Shown: one piece after another, positions 20,816 through 47,100 of the stretch
Numbering within the stretch: position 1 is the first letter of the stretch
Layout of the letters: each line of letters begins with the position of its first letter
Origin: the human T2T-CHM13v2.0 reference genome, Homo sapiens
Assembly (NCBI RefSeq): GCF_009914755.1
Contig: NC_060940.1
Direction: 5' to 3' (one strand)
DNA: 64,000 nt
The notes under the pieces: generated by a model
The model's database searches: none
The model's input: only the letters and a program-made list of their open reading frames with translations
Told to the model about the DNA's origin: nothing
Position numbers and translations under genes: made by a program

Positions 20816-22797
20816 TTGGGACACGGGAGGAGGATGTGGTGTGAGCACCTGGGAGACTCCTCCTCTTTTCCTTCTACCCTTCTGCCCACCCAGGCTGGTC
20901 CCACAGAGCACCCTCTTGTTCTTGGTGGCCTACTGCAGTATCAATAATCTTTTCTTCAAAGATGAATAAACTCTCTTGCAACAATTTAAGTTCATTTACT
21001 CTGTCCTTCCTTCTGTGGGGATGAAAATAAGTGGTCAGTGTCCATGTTTCATAGATTTTAAAGCTATTTATAAAATCTCTCTCAGCTGGATGTCATGGCT
21101 CATGCCTGTAATCCCAGCAATCTGGGAGGCTGAGGCAGGAGGACTGCTTGAGAGGACACAAGTTCAAGACCAGCCTGGGCAACATAAAGATCCCATCTCT
21201 ACCAAAAAAAAAAAAAAAAAAAAAATCCCAATAAACTAGGCATTGTGGTGCCTCCAGTCCTAGCTTCCAGGGAGGGTGAGGTGGGTGAACTGCTTGTACC
21301 CAGGAGTATGAGGCACAATGAGTCATAGGTAGGCCACTGCACTCCAGCCTGGGCCAGAGTGAGAGTCTAGTTTTTTTATTAAAAAGGGGGTGCGGGGGCA
21401 GGCACAGTGGCTCACACCTGTAATCCCAGCATGTTGGGAGGCCAAGGTGAGTGGATCACTTGGGTCCAGGAGTTTGACACCACCCTGAGAAACATGGCAA
21501 ACCCCGTCTCTACAAAAAATGTAAAAATTAGCCAGGCGTGGTAGCATGCACCTGTAGTCCCAGCTAGCTACTCAGAAGGCTGAGGTAGGAGGATCATCTG
21601 AGCCTGGGGAGGTCAAGGCTGCAGTGAGCCATGATTGCGCCACTGCACTGCAGCCTGGGTGACAAAGTGAAACTCTGTCACAAAAAATAAATAAAATAAT
21701 AAATGAAATTGTTTTAAAAAAGGTTAGGTGCAGTGGCTCATGTCTGTATTCCCAGTACCCTTGGAGGCTGAGGTGGGAGGATGCCTTATAACTGATAATT
21801 TCCCTTTTTCATTTTCCAAAGTACAGCAGCTCATCTTCTATGGTCCCCACTGTGATAAAATAAAGGTGAGGAATGAGTGATTAGATGCATGAGTTCTGGA
21901 CACAGAAAGTTCCTGGCTCTGTTATACTTTCAAGATTTGAGCCTTTGGGAAAATTAATCACTGTAAGCCCCAGTTTTGTCTTCTCCAAAATGAGTTCATT
22001 CTTCAAACAAGCTTCTCTGTGAGCTTACCAAGTGATAGGCAGTGTGCTAGGCATGGACATGATAGTGTATGAGATGCCACTGCTGTCAAGGCTGAGGGAG
22101 ACAACAAATAAACACACAAACACATATCCTGAGTAGGCCAGGGGGCAGGAGGGAGAGTCTGGCTGAGAGATGGTGGAGGGAGGGGCTGCTACTCTAGAAG
22201 CAGGTCAGGGAAGGATGGTGCTTGGCGATATCTGAACAGGGACCTGAATGGCATGGTTAGATAAGCCACATGGATGCCTGGCAGAGGAAATGGCAAGAGC
22301 AAAAGCCCTGAGGTGGCAGCTGCTTCTTGGGTTCAAGGAACAGCAAAAAGGCCAGGGGGGCTGCAAAGTAGCAAGGGGGACAGCAATGGGACCACTGGCT
22401 GGAGTGCTGGGAAAGGACAGTGCAGGCAGCTCAGAGGTTGCTGTGATGATTAAAGGAGATGATACGTATAAACCCCTGCACTCAAGGCTGGCATATGTTA
22501 TGGGTTCAGTAAACTGTCTAGTAGTATTTCTGAAATACTTTACATGAACATTTTACATGATCTCTTGGAAACACATACTCCAAGTATGTGTATGGAAGAG
22601 AGAATGTATGTGCGTGTGTGTGCACGTGCACATGTGTACCTAAAAGCAATAAACAATTTAGTTATTCAACAAACACAGATTTTTTCTCTCTCTCCCTCTA
22701 GGTGTAAATACAGGTGTATCTTCATAGTCTGAAAAGACTTCATGGCAAGAATTCCTCAGAAGGTCCCTTGAAAGCCACCCACAGAGAAATATTTCTA

Positions 22798-23028
<231 letters not shown>

Positions 23029-23286
23029 TCATTAGAAGGACCAACAATACCAACCGCCATCAGATCTGAAGGGCTCTGGGTGCTAAGAGTCACCTGTCTT
23101 GGCTGAAACCTAAGAGGCCCTCACATACCTAGCGTAGCCATGCAGGAAACACTGCCTAGAACCTTCTGAGCTATTAATAGCCCATGTCAGTTAATATGAC
23201 TAGTGAAAACCATTCCATTGGCCTAAGTTAAATCCCAAACTACATGGGGAAGAGGGCCCGCTAGAGTGCGGGTCTTCTAGAAATCA

Positions 23287-23481
<195 letters not shown>

Positions 23482-25210
23482 CTAGGAAACCCAAACAGGC
23501 CCAGCAGCCCTGGTCACTAATGAGTCTGGGAGGAATCCACATCACTTCTGTACATACACAATGACCCACTGTCCTGCTGTACACAAAAGAAAGAGGCATT
23601 ATCTCCCCCACTAAAAGAAAGAGAAAAATAGACAGGTGTAAGTGCATTAATACTGGGGAAAGAGGCACAAAGTGCATGGCCCCTGAACTTCATATCTGAG
23701 TCTTTCAAATGTTCACTGGACAAAATAAATGGGAACTTGAAGTGGCGATAACAAGACAAGAAACATGTGAATAGCATTTGTCTCATTTGATCTTTTTTTT
23801 TTTAAATTAAAAAAAAATTTTTTTTTTAAAGAGGTTCTCCCTATGTTGCCTAGGCTGGTCTTGAACTCCTGTGGTTAAGGGATCCTCCTGCCTTGGCCTC
23901 CCAAAGTGCTAAGATTACAGGGGTGAGCCACCATGCCCAGTCAGATCATATCTTGTTTGTTTTGTACTGGTGTTTTTTTTTCTTTTGCATAAACATGCCT
24001 GGATTTGTATGGAAAATTTAAATAGTGTATCAGAATTGTCTTCTATGCCTCTAGAAGCAACTTTTTAAAATAGAAAAACACCTAATCCTAATCATTATGC
24101 ATTCCCCCAACAAACTCAACAGAAAATCACCAAGCTCTATTTACACGTTCTGAAACCACAAGTGTCTTTGCTTCAGATTCTTGACGTTGGATCTCATCTC
24201 ATCATTCATGTGAGGCCCTGAAAGCCTTGTGCATCTTTAAGTAGCAATCAATGAAATGGAAAAGAAAGCTATGTCAAATCAGCAAAGCATTAAACCACAT
24301 CTGTAAGATAAATTATGGGCATGAAAGTAAGGAAAAGAAACAGAGATCTGTGGTGGAAAAAAAGACAAATTATAGCTCATGAAGCATATGTAGGCAGTAA
24401 AAAAAAAATTGGTATCCACTCCCACCATCCAGTCTGACCTCATAGTGACCCTAAAATGATCAGCAGAAAAAGACGGTTACTGAAAAGTGATCACTGCTGA
24501 CGTGGTCCCTCTGCACAACTCTGGATCTTTTTGCTACAAGTGATCCTTTCCCACCGTAGGTTCCCAGAAGGATTCTACTATGGTGTAGCAGCATTCCAAT
24601 CTGGATCCCCCATCTACTGATTCATTTTGATTCCCACCATTAATATTATGTGAGGAAAATAATTTTTGTACTTTTTTGGGCTAATAAAGTCATTTGAGAT
24701 GAAGAAATCTCAGTTTTCAGAAACTTTCAATTATTTATTTCCTTTAGACAATAATGTCCTTATTGTAGGTCTTGTTTTAGAGAAACCTCCCTCCCTTTTC
24801 TCTTGGATACTTCCTCTCTGCCCTGTTTCATCAGCTTCGGGGAGGGATATCTGCTACCCGGGCTGACGATCAAGTTACTGAGGCAATGATGGATTAGTCA
24901 TTATGGGTAGGATGAAAAGAGCCTGCCTTGTCTTCCTGTGGATTTTCTTCAATTGGGATCTGGGTAGACAATGTTGTGTAACTCTCTGTGACGGATCCAC
25001 GCCTTCCGGATCTTTAGGGTTGGACAGGAAGTAAAGATCACATTTCTCAACTTGCAACAGAGGACAGTGGCCAGGAGACAACTGCCAGACTCCAATACAC
25101 TGTGGGGCGTGGGGAGAAACTCATTTCATTTGATCTTTACAATAAATGTTAAGCCCCAGGTAGGCAGAACAAGTATTTTCCCATTACATAGATGAGAAAA
25201 TCATGGGTGA

Positions 25211-25564
<354 letters not shown>

Positions 25565-27394
25565 TGATCCGCCCGCCTTGGCCTCTCAAAGTGCTGGGAT
25601 TACAGGTGTGAGCCACGACACCCGGCCAGATTTATTTAAAAATTCAAAAAGAAGACAGTGGGTTGGAGAAGTCTTTTTGCAAAACGGCAGCACCAGGCAT
25701 CAAAGTCTGTATACTCGCCTGTGTGCATAATTCCGCTCCACGCTGAGAGAGGGCCCAGATGTGGCTCAGCACCATCAATAGTGTCTACTTGTTAAATTCA
25801 CTCATTAATCTGCTATGAACTTTTTGAGGCCCTACAGGCACTATTTCAGATGATGAGAATATAATCTAAACAAAACAGACAAAGTCTCCATCCTAATGGA
25901 GCTTATGTTCCCGACCAAGAAGACAGAAAATAGATTCATAAATATGCAACAATATCAAATAGTGATGAGTGCCACAGAGAAAAACAAGGCAGGCTAAAAT
26001 GAAAGAATAATGAAGGTAGAATTTAACAGAAAGTTTTACAGAAAATATTCAGGATGACCTGACTTGTTGGAGACCTGAAGGAAGCGAGGTGATGAGGTGA
26101 TGTGGTGCAGCAATGTCTCAGGGAAGAAAGATCTAGATTCACCAAGTGCATGTGCTCTAGGTGCCCATGGGGCCAGCAGAGCTGGCAGAATGGGTGAGAG
26201 GGAGAGCAGGACGGAGACAGGGGACAGAGAAGTGAAGACACAAAGGGTGTGTCTCCCAAAAACAACCTGTCACTAAGCTAGACTCTCACCCCTATGGGCT
26301 AGCAAGGTTTGGCTCTGTTATCACTTGGACCTCTGAAGAAATCAATTAGCTAATTCCATTTAGTTGAAAGTAAGCCTAACGTATGTGCAACAGCTACAAA
26401 GGCAGGCATTCAAAGGCTACTAATTCCTCAACACAAACTCCAGGTCACTATCTAACCTCCCACTGGTGCCTGGCCAAGAGAATTCACAAAGGACACAACC
26501 ACTTCACACCTATAAGGTATATGCAGGATTCGAAACAATTATTATATCTATTGATTGTCCCATGTGATCCCTCCATATATCCCAGGAGAGAGTTGGCTAC
26601 TCTCATGCCCAGGATATGGATAGATAAATTGAGGCTGAACAAATGAACTACTGCCCTTCCTCCACCAATGAAAAAAGCTACCTTTAGTCAATAGTGTCAA
26701 TCAGAAATTGAGGGCAGGATTCTTGGTCCTCAGGGTTTCAGCCCCCACCTCTTCCACAACAAACCCATATCCTCTTGCAGCTTCTTTTCCAGCTGCCATT
26801 AGGCCAGGAGCTATTCCTGCCTTTCGCTGCCCAGAGACGCACCCTCCCTGGCTGGCAGCAACTCCAGAGGGAGCAGTGCCTGTATCTGGATACTGCTCCT
26901 CCCTAACAAATGTGCACCTGCCAGAGCTCTGGTGCCCACACAAATCCCTCCTGCCTGGGCAGCTACTGTGGCCCCTGGCTCAGTCAAGAGCAGCCTGGCC
27001 TCCGAGCTGAGGCCCCCTGTCCACCACCCACCGCCAGCTCATCCCCAAGCCCCCACACAGCACCATGCTTCTCTTCCAAAGCAGAAAGACCATCTTCTAT
27101 CCCAGGTCCTCACCTGCCACTCCCAAATCAATCTGACCCTCTGACCACCCGAACATCTAGTCTGCACAAAGTTCCATGATGGCATCAGGAATTCACTGGT
27201 CCAAGTGAACAAATGAGATGCAAACCTGCCTCCAAGAACTCAGATTAAGACCAGTATGGTGGCTCACACCTGTAATCCCAGCACTTTGGGAGGCTGAGGC
27301 AGGTGGATCACCTCAGGTCAGGAGTTTGAGACCAGCCTGGCCAATATGGTGAAGCCCCATCTCTACTATTAATAATAATAATAAAAATTAGCTA

Positions 27395-27844
<450 letters not shown>

Positions 27845-28192
27845 TCAAGGCACTGCCGGAGCCTAGCTTCTTACTGACTGTCCCATAACCATCAGGGCAG
27901 TGACCTAGGAGGCAGCGCCCTGATCTGCCAGAAACACATGAAGCTGGAAACTTCCAGAAAAATGGGTCTGGACACAGGTGTGCCAACCAACTACTAAGGG
28001 CTGAACTGTGTGCACCACAGATTCCCAAGTTAAATATGATAGGACTGTGGCCTTACAAGAGGAAGAGATTTCAATCTCCTGATCTCTCTCTCTCTGCTAT
28101 GTGAGGACACAGAAGACACCCAACTCCCAGTCAGAACCCAACCATGCTGGCACCCTTATCTCAGACTTCCAGCCTCCAGAACTGAGGAAACA

Positions 28193-28194
<2 letters not shown>

Positions 28195-28232
<38 letters not shown>
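28195..28232. repeat. (TG)n microsatellite
   Basis: Seen directly. Confidence 0.95.
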
Positions 28233-28236
<4 letters not shown>

Positions 28237-28835
28237 AGAGACATGGTCCCTCTCCGTTGCCCAGGCTGGAATGCAGTGTTCAATCATAGCTCACTGCACC
28301 CTTGAACTCCTGGCCTCAAGCAATCCTCCCACCTTGGCCTCCCAAAGTGCTGGCATTACAGGTGTGAGCCACAAGGCCAGCCAATGTCTGTTTTTTTTTT
28401 CTTTTTTTTTGAGACAGAGTTTCGCTCTTGTTGCCCACGCTGTAGTGCAGTGGCGCCATCTCGGCTCACTGCAACCTCCGCCTCCCGGGTTCAAGCGATT
28501 CTCCTGTCTCAGCCTCCTGAGTAGCTGGGATTACAGGCATGTGCCACCACGGCCGGCTAATTTTTTGTATTTTTAGTAGAGACGGAGTTTCACCATGTTG
28601 GCCAGGCTGGTCTCAAACTCCTGACCTCAGGTGATCTGCCCGCCTCAGCCTCCTAAAGTGCTGGGATTACAGGCGTGAGCCACTGTGCCCAGTCCATGGC
28701 TGGTCTCCAGCTACTGGCCATGTGTGGGAACATGTACCTGAGGTCTTGGCTTCTCTGTAGTCCTAGCTACTGGGGAGGCTGAGGCAGGAGGATTGTGTGA
28801 GCCCAGAAGCTCAAGGTTACAGTGAGCTATGATCA

Positions 28836-29105
<270 letters not shown>

Positions 29106-29262
29106 TCAGGAGGCTGAGGTGTGAGAATCACTTGCGCCCAGGAGGGGGAGGCTACAGTGAGCCATGATAGCACCACTGTACTCCAGGCTGGGCAACAGAG
29201 TAAGACCTTGTCTCAAATTAATAAAAAAATAAAAGAATATAAGGGGAAATGAGACTAAGCAC

Positions 29263-29803
29263 TGTGGTAGAATGGGCCCCAAAAGGTGTTAAAATTCTCA
29301 TCCCCAAAACCTGTGAATAGGTTACAAGGCAAAAGGTGCTGAAGAAATGGTTTGCTAGACTATTTAACAAAATGAAGAAAATAATTTTAAAAAACCTGTG
29401 ATTAAATTAAGGATATTTAATCAGCTGTGATTAAAGATCTTGCAGTAGGGGGTTACTGCAAATTTTCAAGATGGGTCTAAAGTAATCACAAGTTTCTTTG
29501 TGAGGAGACAGGAGGTTGAGTCAGAAAGATTTGAAGATGTTACACTGCTGGATTTGGAGAAGAGGAGGGGACCATGGGCCTAGGAATGCAAGTGGCCTCT
29601 AGAAGCTGGTAAAGTCAAGGAAGCAAATTCTTCCTAGAGCCTCTAGAAGGAACATAGTCCCGTTGAACCTTGGTTTTAGCCCAGAGACATCCAATTTGGA
29701 CTTTTGACCACCAGAAGTAAGAACTATAAGATGATAAAATCAATATAGTTTTAAGTAGCTCAATTTGGGGAATTGATTACAGTAACAATAGCAAACTTAT
29801 ACA
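29263..29803 (+). mobile_element. MLT1-type MaLR LTR
   Basis: TGTGGTAGAATGGGCCCCAAAAG...ctagagcctctagaaggaac...gcaaacttataca. Confidence 0.75.
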
Positions 29804-29811
29804 AACATTAA

Positions 29812-30069
<258 letters not shown>

Positions 30070-31441
30070 TGATCTGCCCACCTAACCCTCCCAAAGTGCT
30101 GGCATTACAGGCGTGAGCCACTGTGCCCAGTCCATCTGTGAATATTTACAGAGTTCGTTCTATATGCTGGCAACATTGGTGAAAAAAGTCTAAGATGCCT
30201 GCTCTCAAAGAGCTTATTTCTTTAAGGATGTATTTTCAGAGAGATATTGCAGTGAAAGAGAACAGATATAGAGAACATAAACACAAGCGGTCTGTAATGG
30301 CTGGCTCCCTAGCCTCTAACCTCCACAGCAGAGTCACCTAACTCCCAACCAAGGCCTCAAGACCACCCTGGCCCCAAATGGCAGCAATGCAAAGAAACTG
30401 AGCCAAGTGGGCAGCATGAGGCTCAGCACTCAGCCCTCCTTCCAGCTGGCCCCACTTTCATCTTGTGTTCCAGTGAATGACTGGGTCAACACAGCCAGTT
30501 CCTCTGAAGCTGGGGTTCTAGGCAGACCACATGGGTCCTCCTGGGGATTAAGAGTCTTATGTGGTCCTTCAACTCCGTGCTGAGCTGCCTTGATACTAAT
30601 CATTGCCCATCAGCCTGCAACTCTACCCATTGTCCAATGGGAGACTCCTCTCTTGCCAAACCCCACCTCCCTGCCTGGAGGTCCAACTGTCCCCTCCACT
30701 CCTCTCTAACAAGAGGACATGCCCACTGAACTACCAACTGTAGTCAACCACCTCTCTCGGATACTGCCTGCCTGCTCCTCCCTGGTTCGTGGGTGTGCCC
30801 CTGGCCTGCCTTACCTCAGTGGTCTCTGGATCCTAGCCTGAGCAGACTTTGTCCTGATCAGGCTTTCCATCTATTCTCCACGCAAAGCCAGTAAGTCAAT
30901 GCCACTGGGTAAGGGATTTCTTCTCGGGATGATGCAAATATTCTCAAATTGATTGTGGCAACAGTTATACAACTCTCTGAACACACTAAAAACCACTGGA
31001 CTGTGTACTTTAAAAAAAGTCAGGATTGGCCGGGCATGGTGGCCCACATCTGTAATCCCAGCACTTTGGGAGGCCAAGGTGGGTGGATCATGAGGTCAGG
31101 AGTTCAAGACCAGCCTGGCCAAGATGGTGAAACCCTGTCTCTACTAATAATACAAAAATTACCCGGGTGTGGTGGTGGGTGCCTATAATCCCAGCTACTC
31201 GGGAGGCTGAGGCAGAGAATTGCTGGAACCCAGGAGGCGGAGGCTGCAGTGAGCTGAGATCCTGCCACTGCACTCCGGCCTGGGTGACAGAGTGAGACTC
31301 CATCTCAAAAAAAAAAAAAAAAAAAGGCCAGGCGCAGTGGCTCACACCTGTAATCCCAGGACTTTGGGAGGCCGAGACTGGCGGATCATGAGGTCAGGAG
31401 ATTGAGACCATCCTGGCTAACACCGTGAAACCCCATCTCTA

Positions 31442-31648
<207 letters not shown>

Positions 31649-32598
31649 TCATCTCTGCTCAAAACCCCCCAGTAGAGCCCTCCAGGACCTGCCCTCCCCT
31701 CCTCCTCTCCCCCTTGCCCACATAGTCCCTCCAGGCACCCTGGCCCCCTCAATGTTTCTTCTGTAAGCTCCTGTTTCAGGGCCTCTGAATCGGCTGCTCC
31801 CTGGACTGGAACACTTGCTCTTACCCCAAGAGCTGTTGGCTCATTCCTCACTTCCTTCGGATTTTGACTCCAATATCATCACCATCGAGGGTCTCCCCAT
31901 CACCCAACGACAAATGGCACTCCACCCCAGCTACACAGGCCCTACCACTTTCTGCCCTCACCCTGACACTCACGACCAGCTGTTCCAGCCCACAGGTTGG
32001 TTGTTTTCTCCCTCCCTCCATTGGAATTAAAGCTCCATGTGGGAAAGGGCTTTGTTTTGTTCACCATGGCATCTTGACCTGGTACCTAGAGAAAAAAAAG
32101 GGGGGCACACAATTGACACTCAGTAAATGTTTGTTGAGTGAATAAATGAGTGGTCCAAATCTGACCCAGTCTTGATTCCAGCAATGACACAAGAAAAATA
32201 TTATTGGGTTGTACTTTAATTATCACAAGACCCTCTAGGACTTTAGTTTAGTGAAATCTGTATTATCACACAATAAAATCAATCCTGATACCAGAAAAAG
32301 ATCTGCCTTCCTTGACATTCAGATTCATTAAAAATGACAAAAGAAATCTAAACAACTGGAATAAGGAGGGTTGGGCAGATATTGCGGGTAAAAAAAATCA
32401 ATCCAAAGCTTCCTGGTAGAAATGAATATTTCAGAGCAATGATTTTGCAATAACAAGTTGGCATAAACTGCAAATAACCTTTTCTGTGGGGCCAAAATAT
32501 TAACTATGCTTCAGGAAAGCAGGCTTTGGTGCCTCAAACAAGATCAGACCTCATGTACCTAATACAGCCATCATTCCAGCTAAAGACGGGATGCGGGT

Positions 32599-32975
32599 TG
32601 ATATGGTCTGGCTCTGTGTCCGCACACAAATCTCATATTGAATTCTATTCCCATAATTCCCATGTGTTGTGCAAGGGACCTGGTGGGAGATAATTGAATC
32701 ATGGCGGCGGTTCCTCCCCCATACTGCTCTCGTGGTAGTACATCTCAAGAGGTCTGATGGTTTTATCAGGGGTTTCTGATTTTGCATTTTCCTCATTCTC
32801 TCTTCGCCTGCTGCCATCCACGGAAGACAGGACTTGCTCCTCCTTGCCTTCCGCGATGAAGATTGTGAGGCTTCCCCAGCCGCATGGAACTGTAAGTCCA
32901 ATTAAACCTCTTTCTTTTGTAAGTTGCCCAGTCTTAGGGATGTCTTTACCAGCAGCATGAAAATGGACTAATACA
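32599..32975 (+). mobile_element. THE1-type MaLR solo LTR
   Basis: TGATATGG...CTAATACA with 5-bp TSD CGGGT/CAGGT. Confidence 0.88.
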
Positions 32976-33568
32976 CAGGTTATGTATTTACCACCAAATT
33001 CTCATCTATTTGGGGTCAAGGGCCACGCCTCCTATCTGCTTATACCTCCAGGTCAGAGCCTGCACTTGGCCAAATGTATACACATTGAATGAATGATCCG
33101 TGGTATCCAACACCTTGAAGTTATATATCCATAAAAATAATCTTAAACTTAAGTACACAATGCAGTTTAAAATTTTCAGAACAATTTCTGAGATCAAAAC
33201 AATTCTCATGCATACAGATCCTCTACTTTGGTACATTAAAACTATCATCCTAAATCCACTTATCTCAATCTTTTCTTAATGAAATAAAAGTGAACTAAAA
33301 GCCAGAAGAGTCAACAGAATATTCAGTTCCAAAGTATCACCCCATATAGGACTGTTAATTAAGAGAGGGTTCAGGTACCCTTACAATGGAGAGAGCTGAC
33401 AGACACCATCTTCACGAAAGGATCAAACTTGTCAACAAAGGTATAAACTGACATCTCTTAAGGTGATCCACTGACAAGTGTACATCACCTATGAAGGTGG
33501 CATTCTGAACAAAAAATCTGAATCTAATAATGAAGAAAATCAGAGGAAGCTAGATTGTAAACATTCTA

Positions 33569-33673
<105 letters not shown>

Positions 33674-33676
33674 CTA

Positions 33677-33898
<222 letters not shown>

Positions 33899-34003
33899 TC
33901 ACACCTGTAATCCCAACACTTTGGGAAGCCGAGGCAGGCAGATCACCTGAGGTTGGGAGTTGACGACCAACGTGACCAACATGGAGAAACCCCGTCTCTA
34001 CTA

Positions 34004-34150
<147 letters not shown>

Positions 34151-34779
34151 CTAAACTCCGTCTCAAAAATAAATAAATAAGGCAACAAAAACAGATTAAT
34201 CTGGTCCCAGTAGTGTCTCCAGATTGCACGAACATTTCATTTTTCACACAGGGTCACCAGAATACCATCAATTTTTTGGTATCACTGTCAAAAGTGATCC
34301 TAGCACCTTCTGAAATAACGTGAGCTGCCAGATTCTCATTTCAGGAATGACCACAAGCGAACATCTGCATCTGACCCCAACCTGCCTGATGACCTTACCC
34401 GCTACTTCACAATCCCGTCCAGGAAAATCCCTGGGCACATAACACTGCAAGTCCCAGGTGTCCGCTGAAGGGCGCCTGGCAGTCACTGCCCAGGGGATGA
34501 GAAATCACAGGTGCCTTGTTTGGAACTAGAGTCTGGAATCTCGTCCTCCTTCCCTCTGCTCTGGTCCCTCATTGTTTATGAAGACCTCAGTCCCCTCTGC
34601 TGGGAGCCCCACCTCCCCTTTCAGGGCCACGGGCCCCAGTCTTCTTGCCTTTCAAGGACCACACAAATAACTGTGCCTCCCCTCAAAGCTTTTCTCCTCC
34701 TTCCCAGGTGAAGTCCTCTCTCCTCCCTCCAGCTTTCAGGGCACGGAGCGTTCTTTCTGGCATTGGAATTCTGAGCAAC

Positions 34780-35810
34780 CCTCCTAGCAGGCCCAGCTCA
34801 AGCCGCAGCGGGGAGGAAGAGTTCAAAGGAAGCTGTGCCAAAGATCTCGAAGGCTTAGTGGGAGACCCAGCAACAGGTGGCACCAGGTCTGGGAAAGAGA
34901 CTCCTAGAAAGCGGAGCGGGTCTCGGAGGGGGTGGATTTGGCCCGAGGTGCCCGCGATCAGCGAACGAGCGCCCGCACGGAGGAGCCGGGCTGCAGCTCC
35001 CGGGCAAGGGGAGCGCGAGCTCTGACTCCTCAGCCGGGCCGGGCCGGGCCGCTCCGAGGCCCCTCGAAGGAGGCCGGGCGCCGTGGGGCAACCCAGGCAG
35101 GGCGCGGACCACCGCCTCCCGGGCTCGTGGGGTGCAGCTCTGAACCTGAGGCGCTCGGAAGCTCAAGGCCAAGACCCGCTCGGGTGGTGGCCGAGCGCCC
35201 TCCAGCCCCGGGTCCACCTGCGGCCGCTCCCTGCACCTCACGCCCAGCGGGGCTCCGGGGACCTGCCTCAGGGACCGGCGAGGAAGTGACGGGTAAAGGG
35301 GTCCGGGAGAGCAAAGGGACCCCCCTCCGGGAGGACAGCGCCCACCCAGCAGGTCAGCGGCACACCGGGGACGCCGCCCGGACTCGGGGCGCCCATAACC
35401 CGGCCCACCCGCCGCTGCTGTCGCTTCCCTAGAGCTCCATCCGGTCGCCATTCACCACTGAGTTAAGGGACCAGCTACCGAAGGGCAGCAGCGGCCAGCC
35501 ACCAGCCCCCTCGCCGCCTCAGCGTCACTCCACCCGAGACCCTCTTCCTCCAATCCCAACGGCGCTGCCAAGTGACCGTTCCCTCCTCCAATGAGAAGGC
35601 GCTCCAGCCGGCGGGGGCAGAGCCAGAGTTGTTCCCGCCCCTGAGGTTGCGCAGGGCTAGCACAGACCCACCCCCTCGGACGCGCGCTATCCTGGAGAAG
35701 CGGCCCCTGCCCGCGAACTGCGCGCTCTGCTCTGCCCTTCTCTGCAGCGCCCCCTGTAGGAAAGAAGGGAATTGCATGCGGCCCCCCCGCCCCCGGCCAG
35801 AGCTGTGGAT
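34780..35810. promoter_or_regulatory. CpG island without an intact gene; probable duplicated TMEM170A promoter
   Basis: Very high GC and CpG content; GC boxes; CTCF-like CCTACAGGGGGCGCT on the minus strand at 35746-35760. Confidence 0.75.
35396..35440 (-). pseudogene. Decayed TMEM170A-like exon 1 start (M E L * G S D S S G G W A G L)
   Basis: ATGGAGCTCTAGGGAAGCGACAGCAGCGGCGGGTGGGCCGGGTTA aligns codon by codon to the recalled TMEM170A N-terminus MEREGSGGSGGSAGL, with TAG at codon 4. TMEM170A is the minus-strand neighbour beyond CHST6. Confidence 0.65.
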
Positions 35811-35921
35811 TTACCAGGGATCTGGCAAAGCAGTGATCAGAACAGATTTGTAACGTTGTAGTATCTAGGTCTGGACCCCAATATTTACGAAGTCTTCATG
35901 AGTAGAATACGAACATTCTCA

Positions 35922-42495
<6,574 letters not shown>

Positions 42496-43449
42496 TGTTT
42501 TTTCTTAGGGCATAATTAAAACCTATAATTGCATGTTTAATCTGTTTGATTATTTGTTTAGTGTCTGCACCCCAGACAAGAGCAAGGGCTATGTGTACTC
42601 TGTCTCTTACTGTGTCCCTGGGGCCTGGTACTGGGCCTGACTCATTGAATCACTCAACTGGCTGCCCTCTTAAAATGGGAGGAATAATGCTTCCTAGGAA
42701 TCAAGCCATGAGAAACTAATGTTAAGAAGTGGCCAACATTATCTGAACCATGTGTAACCAAGAGGAGAAGTGCCAAGAGCCCTGAGCACATACCCTGGGC
42801 TAGGTAATGGGAGCCCTTGTAAGTCTCTCTTCCATCTTACACGGTCTGATAGATGCTAGAAATTTGAACGTGTAGGATCAATTGCAAAGTCAAAACTTCT
42901 GCTGGCTCTTTGGGTTTCCAAAGGATGGAAATATGAAGTAGATGCTGTTCTCTAGTAGAGCATCTTAGTCAGATGCGGATATAGAAAGATCTCAGGGCCA
43001 GAAGGGTATACAAATGTAATGAGAATGAGGAGTCTGATTGGCATTGTCCAATATGGAGCCACTGGCCACGTGTGGCCACGGAACATGTGTGGCTGGTCCT
43101 AAAGTCTTCAACTTGGCCAGCAGTGCTGGGCTCAGCTGGTCTCGCTCGTATGTCTTTATAGCTACTCCTCTCAAGTGGTGGACTCAGTTTCCCCACCTCT
43201 GAATCTGGGTGAACCCTGGACTCACTTTGGCCAGTAGAAGATAGCAGAAGTGGCTGCGTGCTGATCAGCTGGGGCTCGTGAGGGGCTGGCTGGTCTAGGA
43301 TGGCCTGGATTGGGACACCTGAACTCTCCTTCTCACGGTCCCTGCTTGTCCAGCAGGTTGGCCTGGGCTTTCTCCGTGGCAGAGGTAGAGGTCCAAAGCA
43401 AAGGAGCAGCACACAGGTTCTCTTCAGGTGGAGGAAAGCAGAGGCGTCA

Positions 43450-46790
<3,341 letters not shown>

Positions 46791-46802
46791 CTTTTGAACA
46801 AA

Positions 46803-46808
46803 TTTATT
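46803..46808 (-). terminator. CHST5: Candidate CHST5 poly(A) signal AATAAA at the end of an Alu tail
   Basis: TTTATT on the + strand about 600 nt past the stop, next to the tail of a sense Alu. Confidence 0.55.
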
Positions 46809-46811
46809 ACT

Positions 46812-47100
46812 TATTTTTTTGATAGAGTCTTGCTCTGCCACCCAAGCTAGGGTGCAGTGGCATGATCTCAGCTTACTGCAACCTCCACCTCTGGAGTCCA
46901 AGTGATTCTCCCACCTCAGCCTCCTAAGTAGCTGGGATTACAGGAGTGTGCCACCACGCCGGACTAATTTTTGCATTTTTAGTAGAGAGGGGGTTTCACT
47001 ATGTTGGCCAGGCTGGTTTCGAACTCCTGACCTCAGGTGATCCACCCGCCTCAGCCTCTCAAAATGCTGGGATTACAGGCATGAGCCACCGCACCCGGCC
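46812..47100 (-). mobile_element. AluS in the CHST5 3'UTR (sense to CHST5)
   Basis: Alu consensus on the minus strand. Confidence 0.88.

Noticed and set aside
20438-20911. 157-aa ORF conserved at 60554-61027
   Set aside because: Exon 5 read through into flanking introns with a non-ATG start; conservation is explained by the near-identical tract.
34855-35451. 198-aa ORF in the CpG island as TMEM231 exons 1-2 or a new gene
   Set aside because: No resemblance to the recalled TMEM231 N-terminus; low-complexity G/P/R/A content typical of GC-rich DNA; the TMEM170A-like signal is in another frame.
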